NCBI GenBank assembly: GCA_030141605.1
Contig: JAQGDQ010000069.1
Location: 563,126-627,125, forward strand
DNA: 64,000 nucleotides
Source of the DNA: Tubiluchus corallicola
Taxonomy: Eukaryota; Animalia; Priapulida
Reading direction: 5' to 3'
Shown here piece after piece: positions 12,241 through 25,325 of the stretch. Below the pieces are notes generated by a model. That model made no database searches. It saw nothing but the letters and a program-made list of their open reading frames with translations, and was not told where the DNA came from. Each line of letters begins with the position of its first letter. Position 1 is the stretch's first letter. The translations under genes and the position numbers were made by a program.

Positions 12241-14391
12241 TGACAGAAACATACAATGATTTCCCAAATGACTGCAAGCAATGACACTTCCTAGTCATGT
12301 AGTGGACACACATTACTATTGATTAGCTATCATGGATATACACTGAGACAAAATAATGGGTTTCTACATCTCCGTCTGCTATCACTTAGCAAACCAGCTT
12401 TAATTTACTGGTCATAGAAGACAAAACGTATCTTTAAAAATATAAATGCAAAAACACTGAAGTTGCAGAGTTCATGTTACCTTTTTTCTGCTCATGTTTT
12501 ACTCATTTGTATTTCCTTGGTTGGCTCATTCATACATATATTCATTTTTGTTGGTTTTTTGTTCTTCTGCTGTCTGTATGTCTGTTCTTTGCCTTCTTGT
12601 TTGTTCAGTTTTTCTGTTTATTCTAATTGAAATTCAGTTTATTTCACTAGCATACAAGTAAACCACAATAATACAAATATACATGCACAACTTTTTTTGT
12701 ATAATTGAAAAAACAAAAATAAAATAAAATAAAACGATTTCTGTCTCGCTGAACATACTATATTAAAGTGTTGAAGTTTGCCACATGGTAGCTATAAAGG
12801 GGGACCTTGTTAAGCCACCATGTAATGTGGAAAAAAGAATGAAGATGGTGAGAGAAGAGGAGAATATAGAAGAACTATGTTGCAGTTAGTAGGAAAGAAA
12901 AGAGAAGGAAATGAGTCGAAAGAAAGCAATGACCATGTTAAATCATCAATGACAATGACCATGTTCATCTGTCTGTCTGTCTGTCTATTTGTCTGCCTGT
13001 TTATTTATTTATTGATTGGTTTACCTGTTCATTCATTTATCAGATTTGGTCAAACATTTATTCAGTACTCAGTCATTGGCAACATGTTGTGCTTGCTATA
13101 ACTCAACCACTCACAATCAGAATATTGCTGTGTGTTTCACGACGCGGTACTCTACGTTAGAGGGTTTAGTTTTGTGGTGCTTAACAAATTCTTTCTGAGT
13201 TTATTTAATTGTTGTTGTTTGTCTCATGATTTCTGTGAGATAAAAAATAATAATTTATTCAACTTTAGGATAAAATTCATTGTTTTTGATTATCTTTTAC
13301 GTGAGAGAAACGTAAGGACATTGTGCATGCTGTGAAATAATTAGTACATCTGTTATAAAATTTAATTATTTTGCTTAATTTTGCAACCATGACGCGTGCA
13401 GCCATAAAGCTGTCCCTGTGCCGTATGCGGCAATCATGCGTGCAACTGTTGTACAATCATGGTCCATTAACTGTGCACGAAATCCCTGCTATTAATGCTT
13501 GAGCTGTTATATAATAATGGATTCTATGCTATAAACCCTTTGAGCAGCCTGATTTTATTGCATTTGCTGGCATATTGGCCGTGGAAAACAATTATCCATG
13601 GATGTTGAACGATTACCTCAGTCTGAAGCTTTCTTTATTGCTTCTGCAATTGTAAGTATTAAATAATAGTCAGCACTTGTAAGTGCTGAATTTTTTTAGG
13701 TGCGTTCTTACTTTCTGTTTGTTGCTGACAGATTTATGTTTTAAAAACCTGGAATAACTCCAGAAACTTGAAATTCAAAGCGCAGATTTCCTTTTGAATA
13801 TATTGAATATACTTTTTCGATATTGTGTTCCTCATTTGCTGATTTCTTTATTTTGTTGCTAAGATTAGCATTTTCCAAATACAACTCATACTCTTTTTCT
13901 CCTCTAACTGAAGGTGTCGTTTTTCATTATAATCAATTTAAAAGCAACTTTGCAGCCAATAATGACAATATGGCATGGAAAAGTAAAATCAAAAATTTTT
14001 CTTTTACAAAACTGTCATTATGCTTGAAAACGGCAATGCATTTCCATGAAAATAATTATACATAACAAACAGGTGTTTGATTTGAAGCTCTTGGTTGTTA
14101 GCCATGGGCACTCTTAGTCAATCTCTGTCTTAAACAAATGCCCTTTCGGGTTACGTGCAGTGGTCGTTATACTCCATAAACTCACAGGGGTGAAAGTCGA
14201 AATTTAGTCGCCATTATGCCTTTGCATAGACATCAGCACAAAAACTTGCTTTCAATTTCAAGAAAAAATTTTGGAGAAGTAGCACTTTGAAATTTTCTGA
14301 GGTTACCCTCAGTATTCTCTTAAGAGGATAAGTTGAGAAAATTGTCGAAATAAGTTGAGTAGTACTCCAAAGTATCTGTCCACCATGTCTG

Positions 14392-14428
14392 CAACAACAA
14401 CAACAACAGCAGCAGCAGCAACAACAAC
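14392..14428. repeat. Compound (CAA)n(CAG)n microsatellite
   Basis: Seen directly; it explains the poly-Cys/Val/Ala ORFs on the minus strand. Confidence 0.9.
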
Positions 14429-15141
14429 TAGGTACTGACCTTTGGTCATTCCACCTTTGGTCAGTACAAAAATGCGACATGTGCACATATGCCAACATAT
14501 CGACAATCTGCCGGAAGTTTTTAATATTAGCAATGTGGTAAAAAGTAATTTGATATGTTTACTTAGTCAAAGTTTTTAGTAAATAATTGCATAAATATTA
14601 AATATATTTATCGTATAGTTCACCAGGGCACTATGTGTTTTTGAGAGTTCTTGAAATGTGATACTTAAACATAAATATTGAACTTAAACACAATCAATTT
14701 TGCACCATTAGTCATTACTAGCTTGGACGGATTAGACATGTGCAATATTACATTTAATGTATACAAATATCATGCCTTTAGTGCACTAATATACCATAAT
14801 TACAGGACCAGTTACATTTGTCGTGATCGCTTTCTCCCTAAACACACTAACATTATAAATATGAATATGTCTTTAGACGGATTGTTGGTTGGGTACCTTG
14901 TTCATTTCACAATTTTGTAATATTTATGTTACAGTACTATCAGCACATTTGCTGACTGCTATTTGCTATTTGTCATTTGTCTTATCATCGATTTTTGCTC
15001 AAGATTTTAGACCAAATCACATGACTATTATTACTTCAATTTAAAACAATTATTTATGAATTCTCACCTTAACAAAAATCTATTTTTTTAAATTGATATA
15101 ATTCTTTGCAACCTGTTATTTTAACAAGAGAACTTTTTCAG

Positions 15142-18100
15142 GTTACCTCTTCGTCAGCTGGAGTGGCTATTAATAAACACACAGGAGGCGGGGATACTTC
15201 CAAAAAACTTGCGAGCGTGAAACGTAGCAATTCTGCACTTCAGTCTTATGGCTCGAGTACCAAGCAAGGTGGTAAGTGAGCTCTTTATCTTTTTTCACTG
15301 GTTTATTTGCACAACTTGAACTTTTTATGTTTTGCCTTTGTTTCTCAGAGTCGCTTCTCTGTGGAGCTCATAAACCATTATCCAGACTAAAAGTTAGTCA
15401 AACAAAACAAAGTCTGGCAGACATTTTTTGCTTGCCAGATCGCACATGTTTTCCTAATTTACTTTAAAAAGGAATAACTTTGTATTAAAATATTTTTCCT
15501 TTTAGTAATACCTCGCAGTGGAAGTGACTCTAAGTTAGCTGACAGCAGTCAAGAAGGAGGAAGCCACACAAACTTGCTCCCCAAGAAGCCACTTGTGAGT
15601 CATTCTACCTCTTCAAGTGTCCAGCCATCAGCACCAGTCATATCCACAATTCCTTCTCCACCAGGTCTCGTATCTCAAGCATCTTCTGTTTCTACGGCAA
15701 CCACGACAAAGCCTCGTCTTGTTGGGAATGGAGTTTTCTCGCCTATTGACATTCCTGGTAAGATATTTAGTTGTCAAAAATCGAATTTAAAATTAAGCCA
15801 TGGACTCGTAGCTTCTCATCTCGAAAAGGAACTTAAAATTTTAAGATCAGCATTTGAACACTATCGGCAATTTAATATTCAAAATAATGTTGTCCCATTA
15901 AACACAAGAGGTACTCCTTGTTTAGGATGTCTGTCTCCGTGCGTCCACTGATAACAAACAACAAGTAATGGCAAAATGATAAGTAGTACTTAGTGTAATT
16001 TTGCAACCAAAACAATGGCGCTGTTGTAGATTACAACATGGTCATCTTAAGTTCTCATGTTTCCCTGCTTTGCTTCATCATCAGAGCATGTTTCACAAGT
16101 CAGCTAGAAATTGTAAACTAATGAACACTACTGTACTAGAAATACACCCTAGATAAACACAGCATAACAATGCAAAGAAATTTCAATACCCAGAAACCAA
16201 ATGATATTTGCTAGACAATTACACAAATCATTTTATACTTACGTTGGCAGGAAACGATCTTGCAAAATCAATAGTTAATCAATGTTATCAATCCATCATC
16301 ACATCACTTTAAGAGCTGCTGCAGACAGTCAGTTTTACATATGTTTTTTCCACATGTTGCTACTTTTTCGTCAATTTCCCTCATTGATCCTTTTTTCACT
16401 ATTAAAGCCACAATGAAACAGCAGTGAATCATCACTGGATCTCAAGCTATTTGGCTAAAGTAGCAGGGTTAACTTACCTCTAAAAACAACAAAAGTCACA
16501 CAGCTTGAATGTTTCGTGTTTTGGGTTTTGGTGTAAAAGTGCCAGATTATAGGTGTAAAACTTGACTGTTTGCAGTTGCTTTTAAAGTGATGTATACGCA
16601 ATATGGGTTGATGACAAAGATTAATTAGTGATTTTACAATATTAAGTCCTGACAAAGTAAGTAAAATGATTTGTGTAATTTGCCTATCAATTGTCGCTTT
16701 GGTTACTGGATTCTAATTTTATTTGGATTGTAATGTTGTGTTAATTTAGGGTCTATTATTAGTACAGTAATGTTCATCAGTTCATAATTTAATGTATATT
16801 TCTAGCTGGTTTTTTGAAAGTGCTCTGAAAATGATGCAAGGCAGCCTTGAAATGTATGAGGTACCATGTTGTTTTCAACAATATCCGTTGTTTGGTTGCG
16901 GCTTCAGAAACAAAACGTTTGCAAAGTTATTATAATTTTAAATATTTATGCTTGTGTTTTGTTGAGAATTGCAGTTTTAATCATTGATAAATTTTGACAA
17001 TGATAAATCCAATATTTTTGTCAGTGTATTCATTTTGGTCAGGCTGGTCTGCATAACATTTCAGTTGGACTTATTTCACATAAACATGTTATTTCTTAAG
17101 AATTGATTTTTTTGTATCGTTAATTTACCTTTTTCATGCAGCTGCTGGTTAACAATCTTAGGTGAGTTTTCATGCTCTTAGGGCAACATCATTAATTTTT
17201 TTCATCGCTGTCACATCCACGATCACCATCATCAACATTATCACAACGATAACTGTTATCATTTTCGTTGAAAATCGCCATTACTATCGTCATTCTATTT
17301 AGTGTGGCTATGATTATCTTTGCCACCCTAGTCGTTATCATCATCATCATCATCACTCTATCACCATTGTTTTGCAAGCAATGTCCTATTGTTATTGAAG
17401 GAGGTTTTACAGGAAAAATTCCCACTTCCCACGTATCTTTCTCTGTGACATGCCGACAGATAATGGCAAAATCAAACAACTCCCGGGAATGTGGTTGCCA
17501 TGGCGACGAGCATCCCGAGATTCAGCAATCATTAAAGCTTGGGTGGCTTGTCGGTTCAGCTTCCGGGAGACTTGAAATGAAGATGCTTTCGAGCGTTTGT
17601 CAGTGATTAATTAAAAGGATAAGCACATCAAACGTGTGACCTCTGTACATTGGATGATTATACATGAACAGATACCAGGATAACGCCTTCAGGCTCTCTT
17701 GAAGTCACACCTCAAATTTGCTTTTGTTTTCAATGTCCCTGTTGTTTTTAACGAGAATAACAGTGGTGGTAGATGCATTTAAATGATTCTGGTGATGATA
17801 ATGGTGATGATGGTAATGATGATATGACTGATTACACTAATATAATTGATTGCAATGATCATGATGATGACTATGATGATTAAGACGATGCTGCCCTTGA
17901 TGCGATGTCATGCATGTGATTTTGGTGATGGTTGTGGCAGTGGTAGTGACAATATCGGTAGTTAATGACAATGACGACGGCAACGACAATGATGTTGATG
18001 ATGATGATGATGATGATTTTTGGGAGTTTATTTCATATTCCCGCTGCTCCCATTTAAGCAAATAGACATTTCTGTGATGCAATTAGAAAAACTGCCCATT

Positions 18101-21100
18101 ATTTATTTTTTTCCTTTTTGTTAGACATTTTACCATTCTGTTTTTCAACTACTGAGTTTATTTGTATAAAAGGGAAACAGTTACTCAATAATCCAATAAG
18201 CAGTTAACATATTGAGCTGGCTTCCCACACTTGCTCTGGCTGTCTCTTGTTCAGAATGGCTTCGAACGCCTTGTGACATTTCTGCGGCTTCTCAAACTAA
18301 TAACTCTTGACTGTCAACTATTTTCACCACATTCAATTTCCACATTAATTTAAAGCGTTTTTCACACGTCTCCATGGTTACCAATGTCATTGATGAATTT
18401 CGGTAATGCTGGATTCTGTCGCTAGGTTGCGCTGGCCGTTTGTTTGATTTTTATGTAATCAATGGCCAGCAATTCCTATGCTGCAGTGTAAATAGTAGGA
18501 GAGAGCTCTGCTATCCGTGATGTTGTGTATAGGAGTAATTAAACTAGTGTGTTAAGGATGCCGTTAAAATTGGTGCTTTTAATCAAATTTGTTTGATTAT
18601 CATTTGATGACAGTGAAAAATGTGCAAGATGTTTATATCTGTTTGCACTGGTGTTTGTGTGAGGTTTATTCGCTGACAGGCCAGCTGTTGTTCATTCCTA
18701 GCATAATGTTCATTCTGCAATTAACCCTTGGATAGCTGTCAAAATATTCATACTACATTAGGTTTATTAGTGTGAATCTTTCCTGATTTTATCATTCTGC
18801 ACTAATATAGTTCATGGAACGTTCATGAAATGTTCATTCTACAGTTCTGTACGTCACTGAAAGGTTGTTTTATTACAGAATATTATGTTCAGTTAATTGA
18901 AATTTCATACTAAATTTTTAATGTTTACATTCATTGCGTACATAATACTGTGTATATGAATATTGTATGATGTTATTGTTAATATGGTTTCACTTCAGGC
19001 AGCACAGAGATGTCTGTGGATTGACTAATTTTGTGTTTGTCAGTGTCATTCAGTGAACAATTACATCTTTACTCAATTTTAAAGAGCATAATTTTGACAA
19101 TTCATGTTGTGTCATCGGTAATGATATTAGTGTAAGGTGTTTGTTTTGTTGTGTCAGTGAAGTCTATAATCGTGACATCATGATTAGGAACTACATCTTT
19201 TGATGGAGGAGTTTCCCAAGTTTGTTATGTGCAGTTGGTATTTACTGAAAGATGGATTTAGATTTAGATGAACTGAAATTAGAAAATTACAATAAGAAAC
19301 AGAAAAACCGAGCATCTTATTTTATATACTGAAATAATATAATTACCTTGGTGGAAAAAAGGGTAGATTATACTGGTAGATTATACTGTTTACTGAAGCA
19401 AATATTCGATATGGTATCAACACTTTTATGTAAATATATTTTTTACCTCGTAAATTAAATTAAAATCAGATGTGTTTAGAATAAAACCAGAGAAATCTGT
19501 CCGAATGTGACCTTGACTGATTAGCTCCCTGGCTGGAATTTTTTTCATATTTATGTAATATTGAATTGGAATTCTTTATATATTTTCACTGGTTTAACAG
19601 CCAATAGAGTATTGATTTAGACATTGTATGCGTTTCTCTCCGTTTTTTGCTTACTTTAGAACAAAATCTCTTTTTAGTTAATTAGAATGATATTGATTTA
19701 TTTTATATTGACTGTCTAACAAGTTCTAAAGTTTCACCACAATCTTTTCATGTCCTGCAGCGTAAATGAGTTTCAGCAAATTTATTTAGCATTATTGCAC
19801 ACTCTTCAAAGAAGTTAATTTTCTGCTTCTGGCTAGCTCGCTGCTTTATGGGTAATGGATTTTTGCTAATTATTTGCCAGTGGGTGTGTACTGAAGATGT
19901 CTTATTGTTTGGTTTGCTGTTGGTAATTATTCATTGATGTGTGAGACTTAAAACAATATGTGGGAGTTTGACATTATTGATTTTTAGTGGTCTGACTGTG
20001 ACGAGTTCTTTTCAGTTTTCACATTTCGTAGTCTGCGTAATAACGAGTATTTTGCCAAAAACACAGAATGCTTTCCTAATATAGAGAGCCCTGTCTATTA
20101 TTGTTCTTGCTAACTCTACTATTTTCTGCTTAAACAAACCGTTATGTGGGATGTTCATGCATTTTTGATTCTTAGAGATTTGATTTAATAGTGGCAGCTT
20201 TAAACAACTTTCATTTTGCATAAAACGCTCTTATGGCGCTTTGCTCATTTTAACTAAATATTTTTCTTGTGACCATCATAAGAAATGTTAAATTTTAAAT
20301 TTAAACTTCTTTAAACTTAAATTTGAAAACTGTAGTTTTTCATCTAATCATAATTTTTAGCAGCTACAAAACTGGCTGCAAAAATTTCTGCCTTATAGAT
20401 ACTTGTCTTTCATATAGTATAAATAACATACTAGCACATCTGTACTAAACTGATTACATCTTGCTGGCTGTTTATTAAAATACTCGTTATTAAACATTTT
20501 ACAGACGCAAGTAATAGTATCTCCTCGGAGAAACAAAAAGAAGGGAATAACTGGTCATCATTCTTTGGACCTGGTCACGCGGCAGACAAAAGTTACGATA
20601 CTTCTGCTGGTTCTTATCATTTTTCTGATCCAGGTAGGTTTTTCAAACTAGAGGACCTCTTCGTGTACTGGAAAGTGTACCTCAATAACGTTTGGGACAG
20701 CCGGCAGTTTGGTACAGGTTTTTATGCCATGTTTGGTTAAATGTGGAGAAGTCCTTAGTAAATAAGCAGTTGGAGTGGTAGTTTACTAATGTTAAAATTA
20801 ACTGAAGTAAGCTCAGTGGCTCTTTAAATGATTATCCGTTTCTGTTGTGGAGTTGGGGGTCTGATCTTCATCCATTAAACCCATTAAGCGGTTTTTAGTT
20901 TTGAATGCCGGATGGCTTGTGCATTGTAAGAAAAACTTGCAAAACCAGAGAGAACTTTTTCAAACTAAAATTTTTCCTTTTTTTTTATAAAATTTAAAAC
21001 TGGTCTATAGGTAAATTTCAGTAAGAGATTGCAGGCTGTTGGAGCTAATTAATGAAGTCATCTTATGCAAACTGTTATTTTACTTCATGCGAAACTTTTT

Positions 21101-24100
21101 TTAATACTACAAGGTGCTGGCAGAGTTCTATAGTGAAGCAGCTTTGGGGAACTACTGTCTCAACGTCTTACGAACAAATTGTAATTAGATACTCATGTTA
21201 ATGAACATTTCACACTCATTGGCTTTGGGGCGAGGGTCTCTTTGTTGCTGATTTTTATAATAGTGCTTTGAGTAGATATGCATTAAACATTGGCTTCATG
21301 CATTATATTACGGAAATCAATTAACTGTTCTGCCGTGAATTTTATGCGAGTTTTACTGGCAACGAGCCGTTCACGATTTCCCATTAATTATGGCACACAA
21401 TGCTGGTTAATAGATTCTAAAATGATGTATTGCATGAAGCCTGAAATGACTGATAGACCATTTTTTACAGTCTTTTGCTCATAATAAATTGTAGGAGCTC
21501 TATTTGAATTTTCTAATTATGATGTCATTTTTAGTCCATAAACTTTACAGGAAGAATGGCACATCACCTGGAGAAAATGTACTAAACGTAGCAGTATTCA
21601 GTCTTGAGAACACGCATTACTTTTCCAAGGCACAACATATTCTGTTTTTTAGAGTTTTATAAGTCAGTCACTTGAATTAAATCATCTAAATGTATATCAG
21701 ATTTACCACTGTTTAACTTCGTTTATAACTGTAGGTGCTTCATTAAATCATTAGTGGAAGCATGATTGTTTTCAGGTTGTAAAAGTCTTTTATTTGTAGT
21801 CTTTTCGCCAATCAGAAAGTCGAATACGAATACAACTGCAGACAGCAGTGTTGGCAAGCATTCGTTCACGAGGAAGAATCCCATTGGTGCATCTGATTCG
21901 AGCGAGGAATCTCGTCCAGTCACGGTTGGTGGTACTGCTAGCAAGCCAGTGCCTCAGCTTTTGACACATAAAGATCTTCATATAGATCTACTGGTATGGC
22001 AATACTAGAGTTTTTGACTTTATTAACAGTTGGCTAAACACCAGAAAAATTTTGCACCTCCACTGGACTCGAACCCAAGACCTTTTGCTTAGTTAACAAT
22101 AATCGCAATGCTATTAATAGCCAACACTTTTTCATTGTGCTTCCAAACCTAGTAATAAGTTTTTATTAACTATTTATGAATAGTAGAAATTATTGTTGCC
22201 TTCTATGTATATTTGTTCTTTCTTATTCTGTAAAATCTGATCAAAATTGTGAAAATAACCATTTAGGTTTAAAAATCAGTTAAAAGATGTAAATGTTTCT
22301 TACACTTCAGTGGTCAATTCATTGTTTTATTAATAAAGGTCCTAACAACTTCTAATCGCGTTTAATCAACTCATGACTTGAATCACCCCCAGTATAATGT
22401 TGGCAAGGCCATTCACTTGCAGTGTGAGATGAGTTGGTGACACTTGAACAAGGTTGAAGGTTGTTGAACAACCTTGACATTTTTATAATTTTAGTGGATT
22501 CTCCTGCATATAGCTAAGTGATCAGAAATGTTCATCTGTCAAATTGTAATCCATTCTTTCTGATTGATTTTAGTTTTGAGAATCCGTGAAATAGTGGCAA
22601 AATTGAAAATTGTATTATTTAGTGCTGTTGTAAAGCTTCTTTGTCTTCTTCTGATTTAAATATTGCTATCATTTTGGTGGCCACTGTCTTAGCAATCTTT
22701 TCAGTGGAATCGGATACAAAAATTTCAGTTTCCATAATTAATTAATTTCCTGTTCACGTTTTAGCATGAAATGCAGTGAAGTTCTAACACTTTTCGTTTT
22801 TAGCCTTCCCGGCCTCATCAGCCGGTAGCGCATGAACCAGTCAGCACTTCTGCTCCTGTCTATCAGCCAATCAGCACGAAAGATCCAAACAGTAACTACA
22901 AGCTGGTTGTAGGGGATTCTAGCGACATTCCGTCTTCTGCATTTACACAAGTTTCAGCAGCCCCGCCTGTTGGAGATAACACAAAACTGAATCGTACTGT
23001 ACTTGGTAAAACTGAGGCAAGGGTACTATTTATGTATATTATATTAATAACAAACCACAACTGTATAGTAGTTAGAGCTTGTAATGTGGTGGGGATAATC
23101 TAAGAGTTCCACTTAGTTGACGGACAGTAACTCTGTGCTTTCAGTTTTAAAACTATAGATTCAATAATGGAGTCAACATATAATACAGATGGAAAATCTT
23201 GTGGTTGAAGGCTTGTAACTTTTTGTAACTGTATAGAGAAGGTGTGCACACGTGTTCAGGGTCTTTTATTACTGAGACCCTCAGTATTGAAATGGCCCAA
23301 AACAGACTCATTGGCACGATTAATAACTGCATCTATGTAATACTTTGTATATGTAATACTGTGTAGTAATATGTAAAAAAATCTGCAAGATTTCCATGGA
23401 ATCTGCCACCACTTTTAGATAGTCAAGTTTTTTCAGGGAACCATTTTTGAGGGAAAGCGTCACTTTTCTAGATGAATTGCAATGTGCCCTAATAACAATA
23501 AAAGGAATGTTTCAAAATATCTTGAACGAAAAAGTTATACTAAAACTTCTTTTGCATATTTAGATAGTTTATCTAATACTGTTTAATTAAAAAACTTATG
23601 ATTATTATTTCTTTCTTTACAGGTAGATGAGATCCAGTTAAATGCAGCTGCCAATCCACTTATTAAAAGCGGTCCAAAAATGCCAGAAAGTCCAAAGAAG
23701 TGCGTGCAGTCATACTCAAATTCATTAGAATCTAACGGACTTTTCCCTCCACCAAAAGGTACCTGATTTTCTTTGTTGAAAGTGTTGAATGTTAGGGTTC
23801 AGTGTTGATCAATGTTTAACGCTAAGCCGTTTTCTGTTTTTATGTAAGTTGTGCCGACAAGCTCAATTTTTGCTCTTCACCTGAAGTTGCTGGACTAGTT
23901 TTTGTGTTCATCTGTTTGCCTTTGTTTGTCAAATTGCTAAATGCACAAAATGACATTTGTGTTTAAAATTCTGTGGCTCTTTTTGCAAAGTTTAAAAAAG
24001 GCAGTCAAATTAAACTTAAGTGTGTTAGAAAATTATTGATTTTATCTTCAGGTACATCAGCTCGCTTGTCGTCTCCAATCAGCATGTCTCCCAGACGACC

Positions 24101-25325
24101 GAGCCCGTTCATTGCAAGAACAATAGAGTCACTTTCTCGGTACAGCGGCCAGTCACCGCCCCCTAGTGACATCACACAGGTACGGCAGTCGCCCAGCGGT
24201 CAACAGAAAAAATTTGATCATACAAAGACTGTTCCTTGCTCCGTCACTCGCCATAGTCCGAGTACGGTCCGTAAAGCCGAGAATGCTGAAACAGTCAATC
24301 ATGATAGTGATTCCGAGGTAGAAACTATAACAGCCATTCATCGGCGACCATTATCCTCAGCACCATCTACAGGACACGTTAGTCAGTCACAAACACGATC
24401 AACAGATGGCAACACTGACTCTACGTTTAAAACCAGTAATCAGTCGACTAGTGGTAAATCATTTAACTTTCTATCACTGCTAGAAAGTGATAAAGTCAAA
24501 AACCAGGAGTTCGATACACCATCACAGTCTACAGGGGATCGTCAGCCAAGTAATTCCATTAATGGACGTCTACCCAGTACATCTGCTGAACATTTAGAAC
24601 AAAATATGGGTAGTTTAATACGTGACATATGTTTACATAACACGCAATTGGTACCTGCCACAGCGGGTTCATCTGCTGCGGCATCTGATCAGGTGGTGAC
24701 ATCTGTGGTCAGTGAAAGCAATGATCCGTCTAACATGCCACCTGTGCATATGAAGTACATTGATGCGGTTATCAAAGATGCAGTGGACGATTTACGTGAA
24801 CACTTTGATAGGAGGATATTTGATGTCCAAGCAGATATGGTGAAACAGTTTTTCTTGCTTCCTGTAAGTACATGCCATTTCTGAATATTGGCTGATGAAT
24901 CAGTTTTGCTTACTTCCGGATTTTTCTGAAAGTCTATTTGGCAATCAGAGTGTGCTTTTGAGTCAAAGTTTTTTAAAGATTAAGTTTGGAATCAATGCAG
25001 ACTTGAACTGCTAATGTTATTTTTTGCTAATTAGTTTTTGGTAGTGGTGGCTATGTAACTGTCTTATCAAATTGGTTAACAGGTTTGAATTTTTCTTTTT
25101 TACGTTGAAAACTTTGAGGCTTTCTCTTGTCTTATACCTTGTTAGGAAATTTTCCTTCTAGACTTCACCTCCATGTTGAAGCTTTTTTTTATTTAATTGC
25201 TTGTGTATTCCTTTCAGAGACAAATAAAAGAGCTTCTCGAATCATACGTCTCTCAGCAGAAAGAGCTCATTGAGGAAAACGAGCGGCTTCGGGAAGAAAT
25301 TGAACAGTTGCGGCGCAAATTCTAG
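15142..25325 (+). CDS. NEDD1: NEDD1 (GCP-WD, gamma-tubulin ring complex targeting factor), 3' portion
   Basis: Phase-consistent GT-AG exons: 15142-15271, 15506-15757, 20505-20633, 21800-21993, 22804-23022, 23623-23758, 24052-24863, 25218-25325 (TAG), giving 659 aa. A Ser/Pro-rich linker with VFSPI and LFPPPK motifs leads to YIDAVIKDAVDDLREHFDRRIFDVQADMVKQFFLLP|RQIKELLESYVSQQKELIEENERLREEIEQLRRKF*, matching the NEDD1 gamma-tubulin-binding coiled coil. The WD40 exons were not found and presumably lie upstream of the window. Confidence 0.88.
17200..18016. repeat. Degenerate (ATC)n tract (17200-17370) and (GAT)n tract (17785-18016)
   Basis: Low-complexity trinucleotide tracts of opposite polarity within a NEDD1 intron. 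Confidence 0.75.
17494..17507. promoter_or_regulatory. RFX X-box-like palindrome
   Basis: GTTGCCATGGCGAC is a 13/14 match to GTTGCCATGGCAAC; a second site, GTCTCCATGGTTAC, lies at 18368-18381. Function untested. Confidence 0.35.
22046..22110 (-). mobile_element. tRNA-like/SINE-head repeat
   Basis: Minus strand GGGTTCGAGTCC (canonical B-box) then AGTGGAGGTGCAAAATTTTT; same family as 1256-1330. Confidence 0.5.

Noticed and set aside
14214-18082. Poly-Cys, poly-Ile, poly-Met and poly-Ser ORFs
   Set aside because: Products of trinucleotide microsatellites in introns.
21495-21590. Possible extra NEDD1 exon (DVIFSP-like) and alternative acceptor at 21775
   Set aside because: An in-frame TAA follows in the required phase; the 21800 acceptor restores the conserved VFSPIR motif.
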